64,000 nt of DNA, taken from positions 182,186 through 246,185 of the forward strand of contig NMRA01000088.1 in NCBI GenBank assembly GCA_002633005.1, given 5' to 3'. The DNA is from Phoronis australis (Eukaryota > Animalia > Phoronida). The notes beneath the pieces are model-generated. The model was given only the letters and a program-made list of their open reading frames with translations. It did no database searches and was not told where the DNA came from. Below, one piece after another: positions 27,825-40,892 of the stretch; position 1 is the first letter of the stretch; each line of letters opens with the position of its first letter. The position numbers and the translations under genes are program-made.

Positions 27825-27902
27825 ACTATCCAGATACCAAATAATATGAACAACTATCCAGATACCAGATAATATGAACAACTACCCAGATACCAAATAA
27901 TA
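27825..27902. repeat. 28-bp tandem repeat, ~3 copies
   Basis: Unit ACTATCCAGATACCAAATAATATGAACA. Confidence 0.85.
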
Positions 27903-30353
27903 ACTTTTCAGCGCGTTCGGTATACAGTATTGACTAGGTGAGATAAGTTCTTAATAAAAATGGCTAACCCATGTACTCGTTGTTAAACAAATTAATTATT
28001 GCAATACTGTGATTTAAAGGTTTGGAGAGTGAAGTTTTCATCTGCTCTTTAATTGTGATTTGCAGTAATGTTGTCATGCAACGATAGCTGTCTTGATCAC
28101 TTCAAACGAGGTGGTTATACATTTGTGTTATGAACGCTATACATCAATCATTCGTTCGTCCGATGAATGTAGGCATTAATCATCAGAAATGACTGATGTG
28201 TGGCCTCACCATGTTAATATAACGCCGTTGAACATTTTCTGGAGATTTAACGTGATAGGTCATTTTAATCAAGGTATGACGGAGAGGGAAATATCCGAAA
28301 CCTACAACATATGTTTCGTATTTTCTGTCGTATGCTGACTTTTTGACAGAACGTTATATGCATCAAAATATACCAATTTCATTCCAGCAAATAAATAATA
28401 ATCTCCAAATGAAACTCGTCACCTTAAAGGCAAAAATCAAGGCGAATGACTTCGTCACCAAAGTATTCAAAATCTCCTGATGACTTCACTCGTGGAATGT
28501 TGTCTCCCGTTGATATTGCGTCAGGTCGACGTGATAGTTTTTGATCAAGCCACCACTTCTGAGCAAATTGCTCCATCTCGATTTGTTACACCAGATCGGA
28601 TCAAATTATCCCTGTTTAAAGTTGCACATTTTGTTCCTGTGAAAGTGCGCTCACTACCTGATTAGTTACATTTGCAAACGTTGTGACTGCTCCCAAAAAT
28701 TAAGTTAGCTTACATCCTGAAACACAGTCACTTTTGACAGTCGAAGTTAGGAACACTATAAACAATAGGCCCGTCGTGGATTCAACTCTCCTCTTTTGCG
28801 GAGGTAGAAAAATGCATTGCATGACTGACTTACTTACCAAAAGGTCAGGCACTCCTCTGTTGATTGACGAGAGAGCATCGATAGGTTGCTCATTCAGCAC
28901 TAATTTGCCAATTTGTTGGTGTCAGCATTGCGACTCAAAATGGAATAACACGAGTTTTTGGTATTTCAATGATGAATTGAATGATAATTAGGATATGAGA
29001 TAGTGACTAGCAAATTTGCATCTGATGAAACAGGTGCCCGTTCTGTAGACGTAGTACTCTCGCGAAAAAGTAAGATCACGCAAGTCGTCGTGAGATATTG
29101 CCATGCATTACAAGCGAAGCACGTGGTCACCCTAGTTTTATTCGCGAGATCCTTGCATATACGGAACTTCAGCCGGGATCAAATGTTTGACAAATGTGTT
29201 GCGTTGTGGTAAATACTTCAGAATGAGAGAAACGCTATGGTCAATTTTGTAATGAAGAACTGAACCTTTCACGAGACTTCGAAAGAGTAATACGCTATTT
29301 AAAAAGCTCAAATGATGTCAGTAGTGAAAGAAATCTCAGTTCATTTAAATCAAAATACAATCAGCATAACGACTAACATAAATGAAGTTTAATATTGAAT
29401 TTAATTAAGAGAATAAAATCTATCCGTGCATTGATATCTCTGGTCAGGTAGCCATGTAAGACACGCTTTTGGAAATACTACGAACACTGGCCTCATCTAT
29501 ACAGCACTTTCATCTCGTGAGATAGTCAATAACCATCCGAAGCACTTCAAGCGAAAGAAAATTTAAGACATGAACACATAACGCCAAAACATCCATCAGG
29601 TTGTTTTCGGGACAAACGCAGCTGTTTTTGACGCTCAGTTTGAGCATTATTATTGGCTTAAGTTACTAATTGCTAGCTGCGTTTTGGAGGCAAAAATGTG
29701 TTACTTCTGAAGCGTTTGCTATCATGACATGAACTTTAAGCTTGCCACAAGGGCTCGCAAATCACCATATGCCCTGTCAAACTTTTTAACGAAGTGCGGA
29801 TAGTATCGCGAGTCTTGGAAAGTATACTATCATGGTTAAACACTAAAAAATGTCATTTGGAAAGTAATATAGGCTAGCGCGACAGCTTACTAGCAACGGG
29901 TTTCCTAAATAGACGTCCATGAATTGCCCCGTGACATCATTTCCAAACAACAAACTCAAACGAACGTTGCCAGAAAAACGCGTGCGTGCACGTGTGCGTG
30001 TGTGAATGTCGACTAAGCTTTCTCTGAAATCAGTTGCAAGGCAATCGCGTTTGTTTGCCAAATTCATAACAGAATTTGGAAGTTTTATCCTAAAAACGTC
30101 ATGTTTGTGGAAATCACAACGATATGGAAAATCATGATTAAAAAACATTAAGTCACCTGGTTTCAAACATCCGGGCATTAGTTTCGTGCATACTGTGATC
30201 GTCAAAGATTTTTAAAATGGTCATCTTTATGGTTTGACTGATAATGCTTGCAAAAGTGAAAAAATCCGACCCTTGGTTATCTTAGATAATTTTATTTTTT
30301 CTTAAATACATTTACGTGTGATCGTTTCATCTAGCATTTTGTGTGTTAATCGC

Positions 30354-30480
30354 GAATTTATGCAAGGCTTTGGAATATATGCAAGGCTTTGGAATTTATG
30401 CAAGGCTTTGGAATTTATGCAAGGCTTTGGAATTTATGCAAGGCTTTGGAATTTATGCAAGGCTTTGGAATTTATGCAAG
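30354..30480. repeat. 19-bp minisatellite, ~6.5 copies
   Basis: Unit GGAATTTATGCAAGGCTTT. Confidence 0.95.
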
Positions 30481-32112
30481 TGAGAGTTCATAAGGTTTAC
30501 CAGAGTTGGCACGCGACATTGTCTCCTCGTGTTTACTAGCCCTGTAGGCATGAAATACAACTTGCGTCAAAGACACATAGAAGCTTACTGACGAGTCTAT
30601 GTATTTAGCCATCTAGAAAACTACAGTGTAAAATATCTGAGACTACTGAGACTCCTGCACAGTTTGTCTTTTGACTTCTTACCAATCGGCCATTAATTGG
30701 ATCGCGTGACCATGTCTTTTTAGTAAAATTTAGCAAAAGATACTGAAGTTCATTCATAGACAAACAACGGTATCATTTACATGTCGGAAATTTTATATGA
30801 TACAAATGAAATCTCAAAGACCCTGTTGCAGTTTTATTTTTGTATAACTGAGTTCTTTTTCAAAATAGTCGTAAAAGCTTTACTTTTGATATCCCCTTAC
30901 GCAAGAGTGAAATATTTTTAGAAAATTGCTAACAATGCACGAAGCATAAATCTTAAAGTTTCACATGAATCGATGAACCGCTTAATATGATTTCCGAAAT
31001 ATGTCAAATCTGGGCATTTTACTAGGGCCCTACCGAACCTTAGCAACATCTTTGTTACGACCCAGCGGTTTTGCACCACCTGGACCGACCCTGCTTCTGT
31101 TTTCCATGAGAAGAGTCGGCCGGAGCTCAATGGGGGGCCCCTCATAACAGGACAATCAGCTCGCGCTTTGATTTTGGCCACGTGTCATAATAAAATCTGC
31201 CTCATCTCCTAAATCAGATTAGAAATTATTTTTAGGCTTTTAAGACAAATGAACAGCGCGTTATTGATTAAGACCAGACTCGTTGGTTAGTTCCTTGTCG
31301 AAGTGGGCTCATTTCTACCAATGCCGAAGCAGTATTGCTGTAAGGGAAATTATAGGATAAATAAAATGCAATGACGTTGTTAAGAAAGAAAAAATAGTCT
31401 ATATGTACGTCTGTGAAGATAGTTCTTTTTGACATCAGAGAATTCTTTATAGTGCTTAGAGTGGATTCTGTGAGGCACTAGAGTGCTCGAGCACCTCTCG
31501 GAATGACAGTGTCGTTACCATGGTCATGGATGACGTCATCACCTGTTGGCAAGAAAATATTCGAGACCCGACAAAATTCTTTACAAAAGGGAGTCTTTTC
31601 CGATTTAATTCCCACAAAGGAATTCTCTTTGGAAGTTCGAAATTCTATTGAAAATGCTCTCGTATAAGAATAGTGAAGGTGGTCTGATACACGCTGCAAC
31701 AGATGTGCGCAGGCCGCTCACCGGTTTTACCAACTACAAAGATGTTTAGCATTGTTTCTATTTTTGAAACTTCGATTACATTTTTGACAACATGCCATCT
31801 CTTCCTGCGCTCTTTCAGGCATAATGGGTTAACAGACAACTGTCTAAGAACGTCTACCAAATAGTCGAGTATATCGAATTAACCCCAGAAAAGGGCGATA
31901 TTTCTGCGCCAAAAATCTACGAAATTGTGGCTTTTCGCCACTGTTACAGCTCCCTACTAATAGGTCTTCGAGTCCACTATCTAAATAAGTGGGTAACCTA
32001 ATTATTCAGTTGCACTCACCGTTAAAAATATAACTGAGTACCCCGGGATCTGACCATACCTTTGAATTCCTATATCCGCCTAGGTCCCTTGGGCCATGTA
32101 CCTAGAGCTTAC

Positions 32113-32256
32113 CTGCCAGGACACCGTGAGTTCTGCCTTTGAGTCGATGTCGCAGATGTCATAAAGTGCTGCCGTTAGTTTCACGTTAGATGGACTCTGA
32201 TAGGCTTCGTAGTTGCTCTGCGCGTTGCCAAACCGAAGGCATAATGTCAAAATCAC
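32113..32256 (-). CDS. Unassigned internal coding-exon candidate (FN3-like N-terminal strands)
   Basis: CTACAG|GTG...CAG|GTAAGC, 144 nt, open in phase 0-0: VILTLCLRFGNAQSNYEAYQSPSNVKLTAALYDICDIDSKAELTVSWQ. Confidence 0.4.
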
Positions 32257-33587
32257 CTGTAGTGTCCCGCTGAGAAAAACGTCTCTTTCCATGTCTGTTT
32301 TCTGTTATGATTTGCAAATCATTAATGAGATAGAAAATCCTCACGAGACAACGCGATTTCCAAGCGTACTCGCGTTTGTCCTTAGTCAGTCCTTTGACCT
32401 CTTCAGCAGAGTACAGATACCAGGGTATAAACTAATTAATCGAAGGTTGTCATTTCTTTTGTAACATCTTCGTCGCTTCAAACATCTTTTCCCGTAGATA
32501 ATAGCAACAATTCCCAAGGACTACAGCAATAGCGTGCTCCGGTGCAGCTCGAACGACCCTCTCGCGTGCGATCGTACATTAAAACTGACAGATCGCCTTC
32601 AGATCATGCTTGAGTTCGCTACAGCTCAAACTTATCCATATCGATTTATGAACTGAACTCGTACCTACATACTTGCGATAAAACTGATAATGTGGTTATC
32701 GCAAAGTGGGATTAAGCACCCCGTTATGTAACGTTCAAGCTATCAAAACGGATGAAATTTATGAAATGTTATGAATCTCATTACCTCGATGGATTCTATT
32801 TGACTAAGTGAAAGGATGAATTGAAACACGATAGCTATGTTAATGTAGTTAATTAATTATTCAAAATTTTTCATTTGCGAACCGCACAAAGTGATACGAG
32901 AAAAACACTCGTAGCGATTGAGGCAGACTCTATACAATAAGCAAGTCCAAAAATAGATTAAAACCGCTACAAACTAATTAATGGAATTAACTAATTGGAG
33001 AATCTTTATTTTCAATTTCAACCATTTTAAATTGGTTTTGAATTGCTTGGAATAGAAACTAGGGGATGTTTATTCACAAAGTTTTGAATAGTTTCCACGA
33101 ACACGTCTATGTGTAGTCGACAATATTAACTTCGACAAAAGTAGGCGGTGTTACGATCGCCGCAAATAAATATTCTTTACGAAGAGTGTCACATGACCTA
33201 AATTTCCTAGAATGCGACGAAAATAAACAAGTGTCACCGAGCCGCTGAAGCCGAGGAAAGAAAAAACAGGATCTAAATTGCGAGAACTAAAAAACACAAC
33301 ATCATCGCGCAATTTTCGAAAAAATCCACAGACTAGAGTCAAGTTTGCTTTTGTGCCCTACAGTTGCAATTTGTTTACAACTATTCGCTTAGGGATGACA
33401 ACTGAAAAAGCAGTTTTAATTGGTTCCTGTTTCAACAAGGTGGGGCCCCTTGTTTTCCACGAGACCCCAAGCTGTTAGCCTATTTACCTGAAAGACATTC
33501 TTTCAATTACATTCACCAAACAGGATGAGTTTCGTCTCTCGAAAGACATGACTAAAATATAAACATTTCTTAACTTTCAGCCCTGTT

Positions 33588-33743
33588 CAATGGCGGATTT
33601 AGGGGTTTGGGCAAGGGGGCCATGACTTTCCCTAAAATTCTCCCAGATTCCATTTGGCAGTTCGGGGGTACGAATGTCTGACGGGCAAAATCCTGGCTAA
33701 TACTCTGCGCTACCCCCCAACTCAAAATCCTGGATCTGCCCTG
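33588..33743. mobile_element. hAT-type MITE copy (family of 14490-14645)
   Basis: Reverse-complement match to 14490-14645; flanks CTGTT/CTGCT. Confidence 0.75.
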
Positions 33744-35283
33744 CTGCTTGTGTCACTTTACTAGTACTTAAAAAATAATAAGTGGTTGGGTTTCCTCGGA
33801 ATCCTCATTACATACACAGTAGAATGACTACCCATAATGCATGAGTCAGCTGTCACTCACTACGGTGGCCATTTTAGGTGGTGGTGCACCACCAAAAATA
33901 GAAATAAAAGTAAAAAATCATTATAAACTCATTTAAGTTTGAAATTATTTGGAGTTGTGTTTAATGAGTATAATTTGGGTTAAGTTTCAGCTGAACTATC
34001 TTGCTTTAAAATCCGTTTTATGAAGTTTTTAACCAAAATCAAGCGGAAAAGTATCATAATCCAGTACTGTCGAGTCCCCTTGGAGCTCAATGCAAAAATC
34101 GTGTGATCTATGTAGTCTGTATAACGATACACTTGAAATTGTTTATTTGTAGTGCGGAGGTGAGGAGGCCGAAAGTGACGTCGGCTATTTTAAAAAATAA
34201 CAAAACCTTTAGCGTGTCGATTTCACCAGAAATCAATAAGTTTCTGCAACGTATAATCGCCTCCATATTCTGAAAGTTAAGTGGGGATCCGTGACATGTT
34301 TTCTCAGTTATGGGAATGAGTTTGCCAATAGAAACCTTCAAACATTCAAATATTCAAACGTTGATCGATCGATTGCACTGAGAGTTTTTATATCAAACCC
34401 AATAAACCTTCCGCTCACACAGAGCAGCCGGCTATTATACCAAAAAGCTCGCATAGCGTTCTAAACTTTTGGTTGCACTTTGATTCTCGGCTGCAATACC
34501 ATCATCGACACTAAAACGAAAGAAATAATTTTTATATGAATACGTAACTGGGATAAAGGGATCCTGCTATCGGATGGATGAAAAGGCTCTTAATTGTTGA
34601 TTATAACTTCTAATTTCAAGTCAACAAGAAGTTAAACGCAACTGTCCCTTGTATAATAGCCTATATTTGCCCGAGGTTCAACGCAGGGGATCACAAACAT
34701 TCGCCCACACGGTGTATTCATTGACTATGGCTTTGTTTAGATGCACTGATTTCACATGGCCTCAGACTCGCATCCTTATTTCCTGTTTATCACGTATGGT
34801 ACCTCATGTTTTCATGCTTTGAAACATTTCAATAAATGACTCACCTTCCTTCAGACTATCAGTGCAAGCATTTGCGTTGTATGTGAAGGCAGTCTCCCCG
34901 CAGATAGGCTCTGGAAATTTCTAGGGGCCCAGTATCTCCTTATAATATTAATATCCTTTAGCCAGCGAGGCCTTTGCTATGCATAATAAATTAACTAGAT
35001 GATCTTTACTCTACGGAAAGGCTTACATGCAACTTTTCAATGTCATTTCAAAGACAAGCTACTAAGGTTACGTGAATGCCGTGTATTTTAAATGAGAATA
35101 AGTAATTTTGGCTGTAGATTTTAGCGAGGTCCTAGCGCTATTGAATTCTATCCAGTCTTCCGCCACAAAATTTTATGAAATTTAATCGCGACTCACAATA
35201 GGTGTGATTTCTGGACTTGAATATAACAGGCAAATAGTTATTTTTCGAGACCAGGGTCTTCAAGTTGACTCATTTTATTCGCC

Positions 35284-35857
35284 CTCGCTGGTTCCCTGCG
35301 TGTCCGCTAGGGGGTAGAGAACACGCAGGTATCATTTAATTTTCCTCTGGAATTTTTTTACACCGGCGTTTCAGATTGGCTGGTCGAATTCTCAACAGGT
35401 AGCGCTTTACGCAAACAAACTGGGATGACTGATGGAGGAAGAGTAAATGTAGTCAGTTGTACAGACAAATCGGTGCTTAATTCATGTTCAAGAAACGCGA
35501 AACAGAAAATTGTGGTTGCGCCTTTTCGGAGTGCATTTTTCTGCTGTCGGTGACTTTTGTTGACGTTGCTGTCTTGTATTCACACAGTATGAACAACACA
35601 CCGGTTAAATCGGGCAGATATGTGTTTATTGTACATGCATCTGCTTCAAGCACGCGGTTATTAAACAAAACTGCAGAAACGAAATAGTTGCTGTTACGGC
35701 ACTTGCTTGACAAGGCTAAAAAATCGTTCATATAGCCCGAAATTCCCTTTCTTTGTTGTAAAGCTAACCAATGACCGCCGAGGTTACATCAACCAGTGAT
35801 AAAACACGTGCTACTGAATGATACTTGTGTGTTCTCTACACGCAGGGAACCAGCGAG
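35284..35857. mobile_element. 574-bp non-autonomous TIR element with 10-bp TSD (Mutator-like), nested in a small inverted-repeat element
   Basis: Perfect TIR CTCGCTGGTTCCCTGCGTG / CACGCAGGGAACCAGCGAG; TTTATTCGCC at 35274-35283 and 35858-35867; outer inverted repeat GTTATTTTTCGAGACCA (~35237) / TGGTCTCGAAAAATAAC (~35873). Confidence 0.85.
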
Positions 35858-37086
35858 TTTATTCGCCTAGCATGGTCTCGAAAAATAACGAACTATCATA
35901 TCTTTAAAGGCAAGACCAAAAATCACTTTTCACGTGAATAAGGAACATGATGATTCCAATTTTATAAAAGTAAATTGTCTAAATCACTAAAAATTTCGTT
36001 TTTGGCCCAATGCTGGTTAATTACTGTTTTAATATTTGCGTGTATGACCGTCCGCTCCTAGCAGCGAAACAAGTGCGGGCGCTCTATCAAAGACCGCATT
36101 ATGGGCGGGGAAGATCCAGTGCGATACCTGAACAGCAGAGAAAATTTGTACCAGAGACAATTCCACTTTTGCCGACACTACCGGTGGTCATTTCTTTCAT
36201 TCATTGAGAATGTCACAATTGGCTAAATCTAAAATAATGCTTATCCACTGTAGATGATATGCGAGAGGGCGAAAAATTACCCAGGACGATACCGCCTGAA
36301 CGTGAGACCCTAACCGAGAAAGCAAAATGTGCACACGAGTTGGCGACTTGTCCTTACCGACCACTCTTATGAAAGCTAGGATTTTGTGTTATCTACTTGC
36401 TTACAAACACGCAGAGCGACAACTGTTAATCAAAACATTCTCAACGTTTGAAACCACAATTTCACAGTTTCATAACGAGATACGTAACGGTCTCGTTATT
36501 CCGTCAGAGCAAGCTGATCACGAAATAGTTTGACCTCAGTGTTCTCCATCGTCACAAAATGCCGGTGAAGCGTTTCCATTAGAGATCACGTGCGTGTTTA
36601 GATTCACGTGCCTGCACTCGAAACACTGTGTTTAAAATGATTTCGCTTGTAGGCCCCTATGTACGTGGTTGCGCATAAACTTCAATTAAGTTGAAAGGCA
36701 AAGCTGATCTCTATTATAATTGAGCTATGGGAGCAAGTGCCAAACTGGTTATGTGTTTTTCAATTTTAAATGTATTATTTTATCTGCTTGAAATTGAAAT
36801 CATGTCGACACACCTTCAACCTCAACTCGCAAGTTATTCAAATTGGTTTTACTCAAATATGTCGCATAAGCAAGCGCGTAAAATCAGATAGGTACAGTTT
36901 TACAGTCAAACGTAAGGGTTTTTAATATGCAATAGACAACTGTCGTCTTGGTTAACTGCATGAGATTGTTTTCCCAATCACCCAAAACGCAGCATGTAAA
37001 ATATTGACTGAGTGTAAAAAAAAACGAAAATGCACGTATTAGCTGGTATTCTGAAAATGTCAGTCTTGTTACGTAAAATTATGTCG

Positions 37087-37923
37087 TTATGTCGCACTGT
37101 CCTCATCAGGCGTCACTTTAAAGTTACGGGTCACGACGTGATCAGAACACTGCAACATTACCGCATGGACGGGACTCGGGTAACAAAACTTGAACTCGGT
37201 GCCAACAAAACGACATGCGTCCATGAAGTGGTTTTCTTTCTCGTCTTTGGTTTCACTGTCAACCAGAAATTCTCTTCGGGTTAACCTATTCCCGTCAATA
37301 CACCTTTCGGAAACTTTCTTTTCTAAATCTGAAATGCCGTTTGCTGAAGTCAACAAATTTGTCATCGTTGACGAAAGTTTCGTATTTCGACGTGGTGAAT
37401 TACAGGTGCTGTCACCTTTTGGCATCATGTGTTTATCAAAAGTGTCGATCATCATGCAGTGGTCACCGTTGAACTTGTTTACATGAATAAACGTGTCTTC
37501 TTTCATTTTGCATTTAGTATCAAAATTCTCTGTTTCATCTACCAACGCCGTTACTATTTCGTGTTCTGTACCCAGCTCCGTTTTACAATCGTGGCAGCAA
37601 CCAATGCGGATATCATCAAGAGATTTTTCAATGTCGTCTGCTGGCAAAAACACTCTCTGTCGTGATCTAGGCTTCAGTGTAGATAAAGACAGAGATCGAG
37701 GTCTCGTGTCTGACAGCGCTCCCTCGCGGTCAGGTTTCTTGAGTAAATTCAAACTGGGCTTGTTGGGCAAGGTGAAAGATTTGGATCGTGATCGAGTTTC
37801 TTTTTCCTCATTGGCTTCAGAAAGTTGAACTCCATCACGTCGTTGTGTTGCGCCACCTGCTTGGGGATAAGTTTTTGAAGTGTGTGATACATTTGTGTTG
37901 ACGGCATGTTGTTTGCCAACCAT
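37087..37923 (-). CDS. dact: Dapper/Dact-like protein, last coding exon
   Basis: TTTCAG|ATG acceptor; 278-codon, mostly disordered Ser/Arg-rich ORF carrying YPSPVHAVMLQ near the end, matching the recalled Dact motif YPSPLHAVAVQ. Confidence 0.7.
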   Translation of the reverse strand: MVGKQHAVNTNVSHTSKTYPQAGGATQRRDGVQLSEANEEKETRSRSKSFTLPNKPSLNLLKKPDREGALSDTRPRSLSLSTLKPRSRQRVFLPADDIEKSLDDIRIGCCHDCKTELGTEHEIVTALVDETENFDTKCKMKEDTFIHVNKFNGDHCMMIDTFDKHMMPKGDSTCNSPRRNTKLSSTMTNLLTSANGISDLEKKVSERCIDGNRLTRREFLVDSETKDEKENHFMDACRFVGTEFKFCYPSPVHAVMLQCSDHVVTRNFKVTPDEDSAT

Positions 37924-39708
37924 CTGAAATACAGAAGTTTAAATCTTAGGGTGTTTTATCCTATAGGAAATTTTTGCAGTACTTATAGCGCATTCCGTAG
38001 AATTTTTTTATGAATGCACGTTTGATAAGAACACAGAGTAGACACTTAAAACTAACCACAAAGGCGTCTCGCTTCTGCCCGCTGTCTGTTGAGTTAACAT
38101 TAATATACATAACGTCTAATATTCTGCACATGCAATCACCATGGGCGGGAAGAGACTGCGTCTTAACCACCAATCACGTCATTGTATTGTAAGCTTCTCG
38201 CGTAGAGAAGGCAGATCTGCCGTCTGGTTTGGAGACGGACGAAAACTTCATTAGATTTGTTTGGTAAAGTTCCATCGAGACGCGCCCATAACTGTTACTT
38301 GAGCTTCTTAATTATTCGTTGCATATGACTTGCTGTAATTATTCGATAAGTTCCGTCTACACTGGCAAACTTACCTAACAGTTGTTTGCAAACACAACCA
38401 AGTTTGTTGATGTTTTGGAGAATTTGGCAACTAGTCTACATTGACCAGAACGCTTATTTTTTGCCGGCTGAAAACTCTGCCAAACATTTTAGTCGCGTTT
38501 GACCACCGGTCTACATGCACTGGCAAGCAATTGTTTGCTTAAACTTGACCAGTCGAACTTCGTCAAGTTTGCAAACAAGAGGTTAACCAGGATAAACCGC
38601 GCTATAGAGATCAAATTAACCAACGAGGATTCCCCTGGGTTACGCTTTACGACTTTGGGCCAGTTTCCACTTCAAAGATTCAATTCGGCGAAGTTGAAAA
38701 AGCCATTATCTACTTCGGATATAGGCTCATGTGCCTGAAGGCGTGGCAATACGCTAAAAAAGGTTATCCATGAAGAGCAAGTCAATTTTTTAAAAAGAAA
38801 ACGGATGGGCCTATGTGCGAACTAATGTATGGGCTTACGCAGGGGACATTACTTGGGCTTATATGCGAAAGTTAGACCCATGCACCAATATGCGAACCGC
38901 TTGGATAAAAAAAGAGGCATTATTTCTGATATAGGCCCATGGGTTTAAAGGCGCGGCAATATGGTGTCCGTCTATTTGTTTGTGACCGATGTTTGTGTGA
39001 GCGGAACTATTGTCTAGTCGATTTATATCTCCCCGCAAATACTATGCGCAGCGTCATCAATAGTTATCGGATACATTTTGATTGGCTGTTTGACAAACAA
39101 TCACAGCAGTGTCGGGATCTTAAAGAGGCTTGGAACGCGGAAACTCATCAAAAATAACTTTTAAACCATTCCTGACGAAAGCCCATCTCGCAACGTCTAC
39201 TACAGAGTTATTCACTTTCCCTTTTGAGGGAATTTAAAGAGAAAATCATAAAATTCACGATTTCTGAAATACGCGCTAAGGAAAAACTCTGTAGTCACCG
39301 CATACAGTGCACCGCCTCAACTGGGAATAGAGACGGTGGCCATCCCATAGGCCTTTCATACCCCGGAAGCTTTTCGGCGAATTATTCCTTACACTGACTA
39401 AATCATCAAAGTCACGTTGTTGTAAGTACCTTTTACGCATACAGGAACACCTTAGGAGGCCGTTGATGTCTTTAATTCCCTCCAACTCGAACAAATACTC
39501 CTGTAATCAAACTTTATTCAAACAGTCCTCCGTTCTGCTGCCTAAATCGGCAACTGGCCATTTTTACTCTGCTCGCGCCAGGAGATATGACCTCAATTTT
39601 AATTGAACCATGGAATATTCACTATTAAGAATTCGTTCTCAATTTTTGATTGAACATTGGATTTTCAAATTTAATTTGATATTCCAGGAACCTTCAAACG
39701 GATCTTAC

Positions 39709-39942
39709 TTGATACTGAGTAGATGCCTGAACACAGTCCTTTATTTCTTTAAGGTTCGTGATTGGAGCCATAGACGGCAACCCAAGCATCAGAATAGCTT
39801 GCTGAACTATGACCTCTTGTCTCTGACGAAGGAGATTCAGTTCTTCCGTCCCTGCCTTTGCTGCTTCTATTCGTTCTTGTAGCCTCGACGACCTGAAAAT
39901 GGATCCCATGGAGTTCCTTCTTGGACGCGGTGGTGAAGCCAT
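39709..39942 (-). CDS. dact: Dapper/Dact-like protein, first coding exon
   Basis: ACAATGG start and CAA|GTAAGA phase-0 donor; encodes RLQERIEAAKAGTEELNLLRQRQEVIVQQAI, matching the recalled Dact N-terminal motif (DACT1 [20 protein letters not shown], DACT3 LAGLCELHWLRERQEYRVQQAL). Confidence 0.75.
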
Positions 39943-40892
39943 TGTTTTAAGACAAGGACTACAGTAGGCCTTCAAAGAAAAATAAATTCACATAAAAACG
40001 CATACTAAAAATGACGAAAATATTTTGCTTTTCGTGTGTTATTTCGACATTCTTGTAAAAGTTTAAAGCTGCACTTCCCGTCCTGCGTGAAATCAAGAAA
40101 CATGTTATTATAAGTTGACAAAGGGGAATTAAAGGGACAATAAACCAGCACCTTCTGACAAACAATAGCTTTTGATTTAAGTAACTAAATGTTATAAATC
40201 CGTCTCATCTTTTTCCTAACTAAAGTTGAAATACTATCAAGCTTCAAGTGAAGCGACAGCTCGTTGTCGTTCAGAGTCGAGTCAGTATGGCCGTTAGGAA
40301 ACTATCGCAGTTACCAATGTCAATTAAAACAAAGAAAAAATGCCACGAGGTTTATTTAAAAAGAAAATACGCCAGTGCATTTAAGTACCGTTCACAGCTG
40401 CTTTAGAAATTTATTTGTCGTGCATGGCAGCCTCGGTTTCACTTGGAATTGAGACATAGGCTAGAATTGAACTGAAGAGCTGTTAAATGACTATAAGGGC
40501 CAGCCAGTTTTTTTAATCATTTCTTTTATTCGCGGGTTCACAAGATGTTTTTCGTGGTTCATGGCTAAAAAATATTGGCTAAGTTCGATCATGACTTCGT
40601 TTATCGGACCAGTAAGAGGAGATGCAGTGTGAAAGGATACTCAGGTTCCTATGGACGCTACATCGTCATCGTGGGCATTCACAGTTTTGAAAGGTTCCTA
40701 GACGCTACATCGTCATCGCGGGCATTCACAGTTTTGAATTTAAAGCTGCAATGAATGCGCGTTTCTGTCAAAACAACTTTTGATTTAAACCACTTTACCA
40801 TTATGAGAATGTATTCAGATTGTTCCATAGACAAATGAGGGGTGATGACAGGGCTTTGGGTGAACCCGACAGTTTGTTGTTTCTCGAGACCT

